From NCBI GenBank assembly GCA_942492765.1, contig OW818634.1, positions 473,159 through 537,158 on the forward strand: a DNA stretch of 64,000 nucleotides. Reading direction: 5' to 3'. Position numbers and translations under genes: made by a program. Below are positions 9,672 through 18,342 of the stretch, in pieces (positions within the stretch are counted from its first letter, which is position 1; each line of letters opens with the position of its first letter). This DNA comes from an uncultured bacterium. Lineage in GTDB: Bacteria; Patescibacteriota; Patescibacteriia; Patescibacteriales; UBA12465. The notes under the pieces are model-generated. The model saw only the letters and a program-made list of their open reading frames with translations, made no database searches and had not been told where the DNA came from.

Positions 9672-11144
9672 TTATTTCTTATACTTAAGCGCTTTCTGAT
9701 AGAGCTCCAGATATTTTTTGGCCGGGATCTCCCAGCTATGCGAGCGCCTCATCGCCCTCTTGACCAAAGATGTCCAGACAGATTTGTGCTTAAAATTTTC
9801 CAGAGCCGAAATGATTGCCGTATAGAAAAGAGTTTCATCTTCGGCTTTGAAGGTGAAGCCTGTGCCCTTGCCGGTCGCTGGATCGAAATTCTCGACCGTA
9901 TCGTGCAGCCCGCCGATTTCTCGGACTATCGGGATGCAGCCATAACGCATCGCGATCAGCTGGTTGATTCCGCAAGGCTCATGGTTCGAGGGCAGCAAGA
10001 AAAAATCAGAACCGGCATAGACCAAGGTCTCATATTTCTGATTAGCCTCATGCGAAGGCACGACGACCAGCTGCTTGGAATACTTGCGCGCTATCTTCTG
10101 CAGTTCCTTGATATATTTCTTATCGCCCGAACCGATAATGATGAACTGGGCGTCTATCTTCACGAGCTGCGGAAAAATCTTGATTATCAGTTCAAAACCT
10201 TTCTGGAAAGTAACCCGGGAGGTCGTGCAGAATATCGGCACATCCTTATTGACCGGCAAGCCGAAGAGCTTTTGCAGGTATTTCTTATTATCCGCCTTAG
10301 CCGCGGGATTGGAAAAAGAGTAACGCTTAGCCAAGGTCTTGTCTTTCTCCGGATTATAAGAATTGTAATCGATGCCATTGATGATTCCGAACAAGCGGTT
10401 AGAACGATTCTTCAAGATGCGGTGCAGATCTTGGCCGAAGCGCTTAGTCATGATCTCTTCGCGATAATTTTCGCTGACCGTGTTGATGACGTCAGCCGAC
10501 AGGATCGCGCGCTTGGCGAAATTAATACTCTCAATCGCCGGATCAGACAGATGCGGCAAGCGGGAACGGCCATAATCCTTGGCGGACGGAGGTATTTCCC
10601 ACCAATTATGCCCGAGCTGGAAAATCAAGTTATGGATAGTGAAAACGGTTCTAGATTTCTCTAAAGTCTTGGAATAGCGGAAATCAGTCTTAAGATAATA
10701 AGGGATGAGGCCGGTTTGCCAATCATGGCAATGGATAATATCAGCGGAGAATTTCAGAAGCGATAATAGCTTCAAGGCAGCCACATCAAAGATTAAAAAA
10801 CGAGCGTTCTCATGAGATGATCCATAAATATGACGATGGTGAGAGAAGAATTTCGGGCATTCCACGAAATAGACCGGCAAGCCGGGCATGAGATAACCTT
10901 TCCAATAATTAACCTTGACGCTTTCTTGACTGTTCAAGTGCAGGGTCACATTATCTTGCACTAAACGTAGATTATTCTCCTTCTTATCTATCAGGCGGCC
11001 ATAAAGGGGCGTGATGATAATCACGTCCTGGCCTAATCTTTTCAGGGCTTTAGGCAGACTGCGAGCCACGTCGGCCATGCCTCCAGTCTTAGAAAAAGGC
11101 GCGACTTCGGAAGATATATGGACGATCTTTAATTTTTTTGGCAT
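9672..11144 (-). CDS. glgA: glycogen/starch synthase
   Basis: N-terminal SSEVAPFSKTGGMADV (KTGGL motif), GT5/GT-B length 490 aa. Confidence 0.85.
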   Translation of the reverse strand: MPKKLKIVHISSEVAPFSKTGGMADVARSLPKALKRLGQDVIIITPLYGRLIDKKENNLRLVQDNVTLHLNSQESVKVNYWKGYLMPGLPVYFVECPKFFSHHRHIYGSSHENARFLIFDVAALKLLSLLKFSADIIHCHDWQTGLIPYYLKTDFRYSKTLEKSRTVFTIHNLIFQLGHNWWEIPPSAKDYGRSRLPHLSDPAIESINFAKRAILSADVINTVSENYREEIMTKRFGQDLHRILKNRSNRLFGIINGIDYNSYNPEKDKTLAKRYSFSNPAAKADNKKYLQKLFGLPVNKDVPIFCTTSRVTFQKGFELIIKIFPQLVKIDAQFIIIGSGDKKYIKELQKIARKYSKQLVVVPSHEANQKYETLVYAGSDFFLLPSNHEPCGINQLIAMRYGCIPIVREIGGLHDTVENFDPATGKGTGFTFKAEDETLFYTAIISALENFKHKSVWTSLVKRAMRRSHSWEIPAKKYLELYQKALKYKK

Positions 11145-11617
11145 AAACGCGAGTTTAAGGCGCAGATAGCGATAGCGAGCGCATCAGCCGCATCATCCGG
11201 CTGAGGCAGGGTAGACAGCTTGAGTATCAGTTTCACCATCTTCTGCACTTGTTTCTTAGGAGCCTGTCCATAAGCGGACACGGCTTGCTTGACTTGCGCC
11301 GGCGTAAAATCTATGACCGGAAGATTGTTCTGCTTAAGCGTCAGGAGCGCAACGCCGCGCGCTTGGCCTACTATCAAGGCGGTGCGCACATTCTTATTGA
11401 AAAATAATTGCTCAATCGCCGCCAGGTCCGGCTTATATTTCTTGATTATCTTATCTAATTCGGAATTAAGAAGAAGCAAGCGAGCGGTCAGGTCTTCGCC
11501 AGCTTTGGTCTTGATCGAACCATAAGCCAAGCAGGTCAATTTACCGCCCTCGTCCTTGATCAATCCATAGCCGGTATCGGCTATTCCCGGATCAATCCCT
11601 AAGATAATCTTGGCCAT
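11129..11617 (-). CDS. ruvC: crossover junction endodeoxyribonuclease RuvC
   Basis: ILGIDPGIADTGYG catalytic start, 162 aa, DAADALAIA near the C-terminus. Confidence 0.9.
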   Translation of the reverse strand: MAKIILGIDPGIADTGYGLIKDEGGKLTCLAYGSIKTKAGEDLTARLLLLNSELDKIIKKYKPDLAAIEQLFFNKNVRTALIVGQARGVALLTLKQNNLPVIDFTPAQVKQAVSAYGQAPKKQVQKMVKLILKLSTLPQPDDAADALAIAICALNSRLCQKN

Positions 11618-11628
11618 AAGCCGAGAAT

Positions 11629-12348
11629 TTATAATAAATTAGAATAGTAGTCGTTAACGTCTTCGTTGCTATCAAGTTCTTCGAAGAATTTATCCATCTT
11701 TTCCGCGTGTTCCGCCGGCAATTCGATCTTGTCTTTGGCGACATACTCGATTTCAGCCGCTTCCGGTTTCAGTCCCTTAGAGGCCAGGAGGTCGCAGACT
11801 TTCTGCAAGTCTTTGACTTCAGTATAGACCGTGATACCTTCCTCTTCTTTCTTGAAGTCGACGATGCCTAGATCAATCAGCTCTAACTCTAATTCATCGC
11901 CATTCACTTTCTTCTCTTTGGCGGCTTCGCTAGAAACACGGATGACTCCAAGCTGGGAAAAATTCCATAAAACCGAACCGAAGGCGCCGCCGTTCTTAGT
12001 GAAGAGATGGCGTACGGTCGAACCGCTTCGATTCTTATTGTCGGTCAGGCATTTGACCACGACCTGGACGTTAGGCGGCACGACGCCTTCATAAAATAAT
12101 TCTTCAACCTGTTCGCCTCCCAATTCGCCCGTCCCCTTCTTAATGGCTCGTTCGATATTATCCTTGGGCATGCTGGCGTCGCGGGCGCGATCGACGGCTG
12201 CCCGCAAAGACGGGTTAGCGTTGATATCGCCACCTTTTCTCGCAGCAATAGTGATGACATTGGCTAATTTAGTAAAAACTGCGCCGCGCTTGGCGTCGAC
12301 TAATTCTTTCTGACGATGAGTGGTCGCCCACTTGGAATGTCCGGACAT
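11629..12348 (-). CDS. yebC: YebC/PmpR family DNA-binding regulator
   Basis: MSGHSKWATTHRQKE... canonical start at the internal ATG 12348. The ORF-track start 12381 adds 11 unlikely residues. Confidence 0.85.
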   Translation of the reverse strand: MSGHSKWATTHRQKELVDAKRGAVFTKLANVITIAARKGGDINANPSLRAAVDRARDASMPKDNIERAIKKGTGELGGEQVEELFYEGVVPPNVQVVVKCLTDNKNRSGSTVRHLFTKNGGAFGSVLWNFSQLGVIRVSSEAAKEKKVNGDELELELIDLGIVDFKKEEEGITVYTEVKDLQKVCDLLASKGLKPEAAEIEYVAKDKIELPAEHAEKMDKFFEELDSNEDVNDYYSNLL

Positions 12349-12485
12349 AAAAAAATTGATTATATTATTTTCTGGCCGCACAGATACGGCGCCAGAGGAA
12401 TATTCCTCTCACCAAACTTTAGCGTAAATTGAAATAAAAATCAAGATGAATTATAATGAAAATACCAGTAAAATAACCAAAAAAT

Positions 12486-13406
12486 ATGAAAACTTTAAAT
12501 TTGCCTAATCTCGACGAAAGCGTTTCCGCCGCCCTAGACTTCTTCGCTAAAAATAAGCCGCCCCGTCTGGATCTCAAACATTTTGATTTTCCCATCGTCG
12601 TCGGCAGCGGCAACGCCTATAATACCGGCCTGGCTATTTTCGGAAATCAGCCGGCGATTATCGCGAATGAGAGCAATTTTAAACAAACCTGCCGGAATTA
12701 TCAAGCGCTTATCAAGGCCAAGAAGATAACCCAAGCTCTGATAATTTCTGCCAGCGGCGAGAAGGATTCTATCTGGGAAACTGAGCTGGCTAAAAAATGC
12801 GGCCTGAAAACGACTTTATTGACCTGCAACCAGGACTCTAGCGCCGCCAAGATAGCTGATAGGGTTATCGCCTACAAAAAACTGCCGGAACCATATACTT
12901 ATAATACTTCGACCTATCTCGGCATGTTCATTTCTGCCAGCGGCGAGAAGGCTGCCGACATCAAGAAATTCATCTCTAGATTAAAATTGGGAAGAAAGCT
13001 GGAAGAGCACAAGGCTTACGCCTTTATACTGCCAGATGAATTTGCCGCCATCACCCCGATGCTGGAAATAAAGAAGAATGAACTGTTCGGACCGCACTTG
13101 TCCCTGCGCGCTTTCACCTACGGCGAAGCCCGGCATGCTAAATTCGTCCATCCTTGGAAGGAAGAGCTAGTCATCAGTCTGGGCAAGAATGAATATTTCG
13201 GAGACAAGCAGCACCGTTTCGAAATAAGCTTGCCAAAAAATGCCGATATCGGCCTAGTCATGGCTTTGACTTATCATATTACCGGCCGCATTCAGAGAAT
13301 CATGCCTCCATATTTTAAGAAAAATATCGCCGGATTCTGCTTAGATTACGGCTATAAAGCCTACGGGCAGAAGAAACCTTTTGATATCATCGTCCCGGGC
13401 AATTGA
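12486..13406 (+). CDS. hypothetical protein, possibly double SIS-fold sugar-phosphate isomerase
   Basis: 306-aa ORF. VVGSGNAYNTG and the twice-repeated ISASGEK resemble SIS phosphosugar-binding motifs. Function call is weak. Confidence 0.45.
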   Translation: MKTLNLPNLDESVSAALDFFAKNKPPRLDLKHFDFPIVVGSGNAYNTGLAIFGNQPAIIANESNFKQTCRNYQALIKAKKITQALIISASGEKDSIWETELAKKCGLKTTLLTCNQDSSAAKIADRVIAYKKLPEPYTYNTSTYLGMFISASGEKAADIKKFISRLKLGRKLEEHKAYAFILPDEFAAITPMLEIKKNELFGPHLSLRAFTYGEARHAKFVHPWKEELVISLGKNEYFGDKQHRFEISLPKNADIGLVMALTYHITGRIQRIMPPYFKKNIAGFCLDYGYKAYGQKKPFDIIVPGN

Positions 13407-13584
13407 AAATAATCGCGAGAAAGGCTAGTATAGAAAGCGGCTTAACCAAACCTATATCAGCGAATCAATCAAGCGACAATTCAAGAAGATCGGGGTAGAG
13501 GCCGGCTTAGTCGGCCTCAAGATCCTCCATCTTTCTGGAAAGACCCTGATCAATATATTCCGGCTCGGCGCCGGATTTTTCCGT

Positions 13585-14829
13585 TTGCTCTTCAAAGACA
13601 TATTTTATGCGGTCCTGGCCAAGATCTATTATGGCATCTTCAAGCTGAAAAAAAATGAGTTGGCAAATAATGCGGTGACTGAGGTGTCTAAAAATCACCT
13701 AGTTTATTTCTTCATCTTTTCCCTGACCGTCCTATTCGTCTTTACCAACCTCGTAGACCAGAGCCGAGCCGGCAGCCTAGAAACCAAGATATCAAAGACT
13801 GTCATGGCTGACCTTATTCCGGCTGATTTAGGGTCTCGCCAGGATGAAGAATTGATTGAAGAGACGGCTATCCCTGCCAATATCTTGGCAGCGGACCAGA
13901 AAAAATACGCCGGCGACGCCTATTCTTTAGATAAGCAGGATAGCTTGATCGCCCTAGAAGACGCCGATGACAATCTCTCCTCATTCAATGATGAAGGCGA
14001 CACGATATTGAAGCCGCTCTTTACCGGCGCTTCTTCTCCCGGCAGCGAAGGCTATATTCCGCAACGCAGCGAAATCATCTATTATGCCGTTCAGAACGGC
14101 GACACTGTCAGCACGATCGCTCGCCGCTTCGGCTTGACCGTCAACACTATACTTTGGGCCAACAACCTGAGCGCGTTCAGCCTGATACGCCCTGGCGACA
14201 GCCTGACGATATTGCCGGCTAGCGGCATCATGTATACTGTTAAGCCAGGAGATACGGCTTCTAAGATTGCCGCTAAATACGGGATAGAGGCTGATAAGAT
14301 CATCAGTTCCAATAATGTCAGCAGTGGCCTCAAGGCCGGACAAAAATTAATATTGCCAGGCGCCAGAAAGATTGTTGAGCAGGCCGCTGTTTCCCGACCG
14401 GCTACTCAGAGCGGCTTGTCAGTCATCAGTAATTTAATAAAAACCCCGGCCGTCAAAGCCGGCACCGGCAAGATGGCTTGGCCGACTGTCGGCTATCGCA
14501 TCACCCAATATTTCTCTTGGCGCCATAATGGTATCGATATCGGCAATAAGATCGGCACGCCGATCTACGCAGCCGACGATGGCGTCGTCGAAATTTCGCA
14601 AGGCGGATATAACGGCGGCTATGGCAATACCATCGTCATCAACCACGGTAATGGCATCAAGACTCGCTATGGGCACGCCTCCAAGCTCTTCGTTAAAGTC
14701 GGAGACGTCGTCGAAAAGGGCGAGAATATCGCCGCCATGGGTTCGACCGGCCGTTCTACCGGATCACACCTGCATTTCGAAGTACTCGTCAATAAAGTAA
14801 GGACTAATCCTCTTAATTATATTAAATAA
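13585..14829 (+). CDS. LysM-domain M23 family metallopeptidase
   Basis: Two LysM repeats (YYAVQNGDTVSTIARRFG..., YTVKPGDTASKIAAKYG...), M23 motifs HNGIDI and GSTGRSTGSHLHFEV. Start codon is TTG. Confidence 0.85.
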   Translation: MLFKDIFYAVLAKIYYGIFKLKKNELANNAVTEVSKNHLVYFFIFSLTVLFVFTNLVDQSRAGSLETKISKTVMADLIPADLGSRQDEELIEETAIPANILAADQKKYAGDAYSLDKQDSLIALEDADDNLSSFNDEGDTILKPLFTGASSPGSEGYIPQRSEIIYYAVQNGDTVSTIARRFGLTVNTILWANNLSAFSLIRPGDSLTILPASGIMYTVKPGDTASKIAAKYGIEADKIISSNNVSSGLKAGQKLILPGARKIVEQAAVSRPATQSGLSVISNLIKTPAVKAGTGKMAWPTVGYRITQYFSWRHNGIDIGNKIGTPIYAADDGVVEISQGGYNGGYGNTIVINHGNGIKTRYGHASKLFVKVGDVVEKGENIAAMGSTGRSTGSHLHFEVLVNKVRTNPLNYIK

Positions 14830-14832
14830 TCT

Positions 14833-15090
14833 ATGTCTATCTTTTTAGGATTGCTGATCCTGGCCGCCGGAGTATTCTTGGTCGTGAGCACCGAGTGGTT
14901 CCTGAGCAATTTCGGGCGCATCGCTTGGTTCGAAGACAAGCTCGGAACCGAGGGCGGATCGCGTCTAGGCTATAAGCTAGTCGGCATCGCCTTCATAATA
15001 ATCGGCATTATTGTCATGACCGGCAGCGGCAACGAATTCGGCCAATGGGCGCTAAGCCCCTTATTGAAATATAGCGGCGGGGCGAAATAA
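14833..15090 (+). CDS. small membrane protein
   Basis: 85-aa ORF with two hydrophobic helices, 4 nt after the M23 gene. Confidence 0.45.
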   Translation: MSIFLGLLILAAGVFLVVSTEWFLSNFGRIAWFEDKLGTEGGSRLGYKLVGIAFIIIGIIVMTGSGNEFGQWALSPLLKYSGGAK

Positions 15091-15139
15091 CGCTTGACCG
15101 CGAAAATATTAATTGCTAATCTTTAATCGCGAAAGCTGA

Positions 15140-15213
15140 GGGCCCTTAGCTCAGCTGGCTAGAGCACCTGCTTTGCAAGCAGGGGGTCATCGGTTCGAAT
15201 CCGATAGGGTCCA
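15140..15213 (+). tRNA. tRNA-Ala(UGC)
   Basis: Manual cloverleaf: GGGCCCT/AGGGTCC acceptor, GCTC..GAGC D-stem, CCTGC-TTTGCAA-GCAGG anticodon arm, ATCGG-TTCGAAT-CCGAT T-arm. CCA not encoded. Confidence 0.95.
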
Positions 15214-16702
15214 CATTACGAGATTTGGAGCATTCCAAGTCTCTTTTTGTTTCTAAGATTGGCGATAATTTCGGAGTTTGAAATGTGTAAAAATTAAAAG
15301 AGGGCTTTTCCTTAAAAATCGAACTCTGAACTTTAAGTTTAGTGGCATAATTGGCCTTTTGATAGAAGTCCGGCAGATCGCACATAAAATCAAAAACCTT
15401 ATCAAGATTCTTTTTAACGTCAAAACCATCGTCTTTACAATTCAAGAGTCTTTCCTGCTTATCAGACATCATAATTTTTACTTTATCCAATTCTTCCCTA
15501 AAATCCTCATCATCCAATAATTCCTTTTTCTTCATCTCGATTAATTTATCTTTCTCAGCTTTTAAATTTTCCAGTTGCGACTTGAGCGAACCAAAATTAC
15601 TATGTATCTCATTCTTTCTCTCGTCATAAACATCAATAATCGCTTTTTTAACGGCCTTGGCCATATAGGGCTGATAACTAATCTTTTTTAAACCAAGCGA
15701 AAAACTGTCTTCAACTTCTTTTTTAGTAATTGATTTTAACTGACCGCATTTTTTGTTATAGCATTTATAATAGGGATATTTAATGCCCATCTTACCGGTT
15801 GAAAAACAAGCAGTTAATGGACTACCACAATGCGGACAAACTACAAAATGCCTTAGAGGAAAACTTTCGTTAACTCGGCCCAAAGAAATGCAGTCGCCCT
15901 TATCAGCATTTCTAAATAATTTCTGACACTGCCAAAAAATACGCTCATCAATAAATTTTTCATGACTGCCGGCGTATTCTTGATTTTTAACTGTCATAAT
16001 CCCGATATAAAATTTTTCTCGGAGTAATTCGTGGAGCGTTTGCAAAGTTAACTCCCGGCCTTTATGCGTTCTAAAGCCTTTATCATTTAACATCTTTCTG
16101 ACTTGTTCAATTTGATATAAGCCGGTCGCAAACCGATCAAAAGCTAATTTAATTAAAGGCATACGTACCTTGTCGAAAATTATCATCGCTTTATTTTGAG
16201 CGTCTCGAGCGTTTAAATAGCCAAAGGGGGCTTTAAAACACCAAACGCCTTGTTTTATCCTTTCGTGCATACAAGAGGCGATTCTTTCGCTCCTAACATC
16301 ATTATCAAATTGAGCGACCGAGGCAACAATCGTTCCAACTAATCGACCGCTCGGCGTCTCGTCAACCGTTTCCGTCGTCGATATAAACTTAATTTTAAGT
16401 TTATAGAGCGACGCCAGGATGCCGGTATAGTCATTAACATTTCGAGACAGGCGGTCGATTTTATAAACAATTACACAATCAAGATTTTTAGCATTTTTTA
16501 CACAGTATTTTAATAATTCTTTTAAGCCCGGCCGTTCAATAGTTTTTGCCGACACGCCGTCATCGTGAAACAACTCGACAATTTCAATGTCGTGTTTAAG
16601 AGCATATTCCAAACAAGCGTTTTTCTGTTGTTCTAAACTAACACCGGATTGAGCCTGATCTTCAGTCGAAACCCGATAATAGATAATTCCTTTTTTAGTC
16701 AT
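15146..16702 (-). CDS. large serine recombinase (integrase)
   Basis: IIYYRVSTEDQ catalytic Ser, VYKIDRLSRN, recombinase domain, zinc ribbon CPHCGSPL...YYKCYNKKC, coiled-coil LENLKAEKDKLIEMKK. ATG at 16702 (track start 16813 is upstream junk). The last ~22 codons are antisense of tRNA-Ala. Confidence 0.9.
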   Translation of the reverse strand: MTKKGIIYYRVSTEDQAQSGVSLEQQKNACLEYALKHDIEIVELFHDDGVSAKTIERPGLKELLKYCVKNAKNLDCVIVYKIDRLSRNVNDYTGILASLYKLKIKFISTTETVDETPSGRLVGTIVASVAQFDNDVRSERIASCMHERIKQGVWCFKAPFGYLNARDAQNKAMIIFDKVRMPLIKLAFDRFATGLYQIEQVRKMLNDKGFRTHKGRELTLQTLHELLREKFYIGIMTVKNQEYAGSHEKFIDERIFWQCQKLFRNADKGDCISLGRVNESFPLRHFVVCPHCGSPLTACFSTGKMGIKYPYYKCYNKKCGQLKSITKKEVEDSFSLGLKKISYQPYMAKAVKKAIIDVYDERKNEIHSNFGSLKSQLENLKAEKDKLIEMKKKELLDDEDFREELDKVKIMMSDKQERLLNCKDDGFDVKKNLDKVFDFMCDLPDFYQKANYATKLKVQSSIFKEKPSFNFYTFQTPKLSPILETKRDLECSKSRNVDPIGFEPMTPCLQSRCSSQLS

Positions 16703-16739
16703 AAATTTAAAATTAATAAAAAGAGAGCAGTAAAACTGT

Positions 16740-16852
16740 TGGACACAATTAAGCAAAAACCTAATTGAAACAGCTACTGCTCCCTTTATCTCAAAACGAC
16801 ATCTCGCCGTCATTATGACTTAAGCAGATTTTCGCCATATTAATTGTGTCCA
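16740..16852. repeat. 13-bp perfect inverted repeat flanking an 87-bp segment upstream of the recombinase gene
   Basis: TGGACACAATTAA at 16740-16752 and its exact reverse complement TTAATTGTGTCCA at 16840-16852. Confidence 0.8.
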
Positions 16853-16893
16853 TTAAGGATATTAGCATAAATTTCTATTTTTACAAGATTAAG

Positions 16894-17046
16894 CTACATC
16901 AAGGTCGGATTAATATGGCGTTTATAATACTCAAAAGCCAAATAAGCTAATTGATACAAATCACGGCTAACTTCCATTAATTGAGCGTCGGTATATTCCG
17001 AAGATTTCGGGCCGACTAACTCTTTCATTTTTTCTAGTGTTAACAT
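16894..17046 (-). CDS. small hypothetical protein (50 aa), paralog of 17072-17221
   Basis: Own translation: MLTLEKMKELVGPKSSEYTDAQLMEVSRDLYQLAYLAFEYYKRHINPTLM. Aligns without gaps to the neighbouring small ORF. Below the ORF-track size cutoff. Confidence 0.4.
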   Translation of the reverse strand: MLTLEKMKELVGPKSSEYTDAQLMEVSRDLYQLAYLAFEYYKRHINPTLM

Positions 17047-17071
17047 ATATTTTATTGATTATTATTTATAT

Positions 17072-17221
17072 TTATTTAAATAAGTTAGGATTTTGCTGAT
17101 GGATATCAAAGGCGAGATGAGCAAAGGCATAAATATCGTGCCTTATTTCTTCAAGCTCTTCATCGGAAAACCGCTTAGCACGACCTCCCAGCAGTTTTCG
17201 CAGAGCCTCTAAGCTCATCAT
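17072..17221 (-). CDS. small hypothetical protein (49 aa), paralog of 16894-17046
   Basis: Own translation: MMSLEALRKLLGGRAKRFSDEELEEIRHDIYAFAHLAFDIHQQNPNLFK. Shared columns LE..L.G......D..L.E...D.Y..A.LAF. Confidence 0.4.
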   Translation of the reverse strand: MMSLEALRKLLGGRAKRFSDEELEEIRHDIYAFAHLAFDIHQQNPNLFK

Positions 17222-17276
17222 TCAATCCCGAAAAATGTCTGCAGAACATTTTAATTAGTGAATTAAAATGTCTTTG

Positions 17277-18131
17277 TTAAAAGACAATATCATCTATATT
17301 CAGTTCTTTATTATTCGTTATTTTTTCTGATTTATTATTTTTAATAATTTTATCTAATTCTTCGTTGTTTATTTCGTTTATTTTATAAATAGTTTCTTTA
17401 ATTTGACCTAAGCGGTCGCTGTAGAATTCCCGTTCTTTAATCAGATCTAAAGAATCGGGGCTAAAGAAGTCTAAGAAATTGTCCACCTCGTCCGGGTAGT
17501 CAATTATTTCCGGTTGATTAAGGTTTTTTGAGTAGAAAAATTTTCGTTTCCTAAAATATCTCGGATCGAACATTTCCTTGCTTAAATATTTCGAGATATA
17601 AATACCGATATTCTTGGCGTTATTAATAGGCCTAAAATTAATAAAACCATTTTTCCAATATTTGTCGGCAAACCACCGTTCGTATTCTTTCCGCTTATCG
17701 CCAGTTTCAAATTCCGGCAGAGGATAGTTAGAAACTAAATGATAATGAACTCTTTTTGACTGCGACTGAAATTCGGGAACGGCTAAATATTGAAAATCAT
17801 TTTGGCCATAACTGATCCGCTTAATAAAGCGGTCAAAATATTTATTGGCCGTTTTTAAATCCAATATTTCGTCTTTGAATGTCAGCGTCAAAAAAGTTTT
17901 GAGTTGCGGATTAGAATTAATCAGGCGAGTTATTTTCTGCCTGGCTCGCTTAACATTATCTTCTCTAATTTTAATCTGCTCCGATTCTAAGCGAATATGC
18001 TTAAATTCAGGGCGATGAATTTTCCGATACTGTGGCCAACCGACCCAATATGATTTCTCATACTCAAATATCTCAATAATATTTCCGGACTTGATGATTT
18101 TTTTCTTGACCTCATAAGGTAAACCACCCAT
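17277..18131 (-). CDS. HUH-superfamily rolling-circle replication initiator (Rep)
   Basis: Three ordered RCR motifs: FLTLTF (motif 1), VHYHLV (HUH, motif 2), IYISKYLSK (catalytic Tyr, motif 3). Confidence 0.75.
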   Translation of the reverse strand: MGGLPYEVKKKIIKSGNIIEIFEYEKSYWVGWPQYRKIHRPEFKHIRLESEQIKIREDNVKRARQKITRLINSNPQLKTFLTLTFKDEILDLKTANKYFDRFIKRISYGQNDFQYLAVPEFQSQSKRVHYHLVSNYPLPEFETGDKRKEYERWFADKYWKNGFINFRPINNAKNIGIYISKYLSKEMFDPRYFRKRKFFYSKNLNQPEIIDYPDEVDNFLDFFSPDSLDLIKEREFYSDRLGQIKETIYKINEINNEELDKIIKNNKSEKITNNKELNIDDIVF

Positions 18132-18148
18132 ACGCTTTTTATTATTGT

Positions 18149-18213
18149 CTTAGATTAATAACTTGCTTTTTCGACTCGTGTAATATGAGTGAATAATCAA
18201 GTTATTTATTAAG
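18149..18213. repeat. AT-rich imperfect inverted repeat, candidate double-strand origin with AACTTGAT word
   Basis: Arms CTTAGATTAATAACTTG (18149-18165) and CAAGTTATTTATTAAG (18198-18213). On the rep-coding strand the stem/loop junction reads AACTTGATT (plus 18195-18203). Confidence 0.4.
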
Positions 18214-18231
18214 TTTTTAAAGTACACGCTC

Positions 18232-18265
18232 GGGCGTTAGCAGAACGCCCTCGCTTTTGTTTTTT
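18232..18265 (+). terminator. terminator-like hairpin oriented antisense to the rep leader
   Basis: GGGCGTT-agcag-AACGCCC followed by TCGCTTTTGTTTTTT on the plus strand only. Confidence 0.45.
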
Positions 18266-18277
18266 ACGCCTATCCGG

Positions 18278-18342
18278 CCATTCCGTTTTTCGGCCCGGCT
18301 CCCCCACGGGGGATCCGCCGGGTCCGAAAAAACGGAAAATGG
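18278..18342. repeat. long GC-rich imperfect hairpin, candidate single-strand origin
   Basis: CCATT-CCG-TTTTT-CGG-CCCGGC-[TCCCCC ac GGGGGA]-tcc-GCCGGG-t-CCG-AAAAAA-CGG-aa-AATGG. A GC-rich island inside an AT-rich spacer. Confidence 0.6.

Noticed and set aside
9738-10664. 308-aa plus-strand ORF, plus many other long antisense ORFs in the track (e.g. 3057-3482, 48450-48917, 49020-49466, 56793-57410, 33343-33753, 50074-50856).
   Set aside because: Each lies entirely opposite a gene with strong family motifs (glgA, ftsK, infB, EndoQ-like, murD, rny). The translations are low-complexity or R/S/L-rich, typical of antisense frames.
16703-16813. N-terminal extensions in the ORF track: recombinase from 16813, res from 22739, mod from 25244, yebC from 12381, murD from 32405, murI from 33732, KH from 44857, HEG-like from 36211, 52289, 37242.
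   Set aside because: The extensions start at TTG or lie upstream of the conserved family N-terminus. They overlap neighbouring genes or promoters and translate to implausible peptides. An internal ATG matching the family start was chosen instead.
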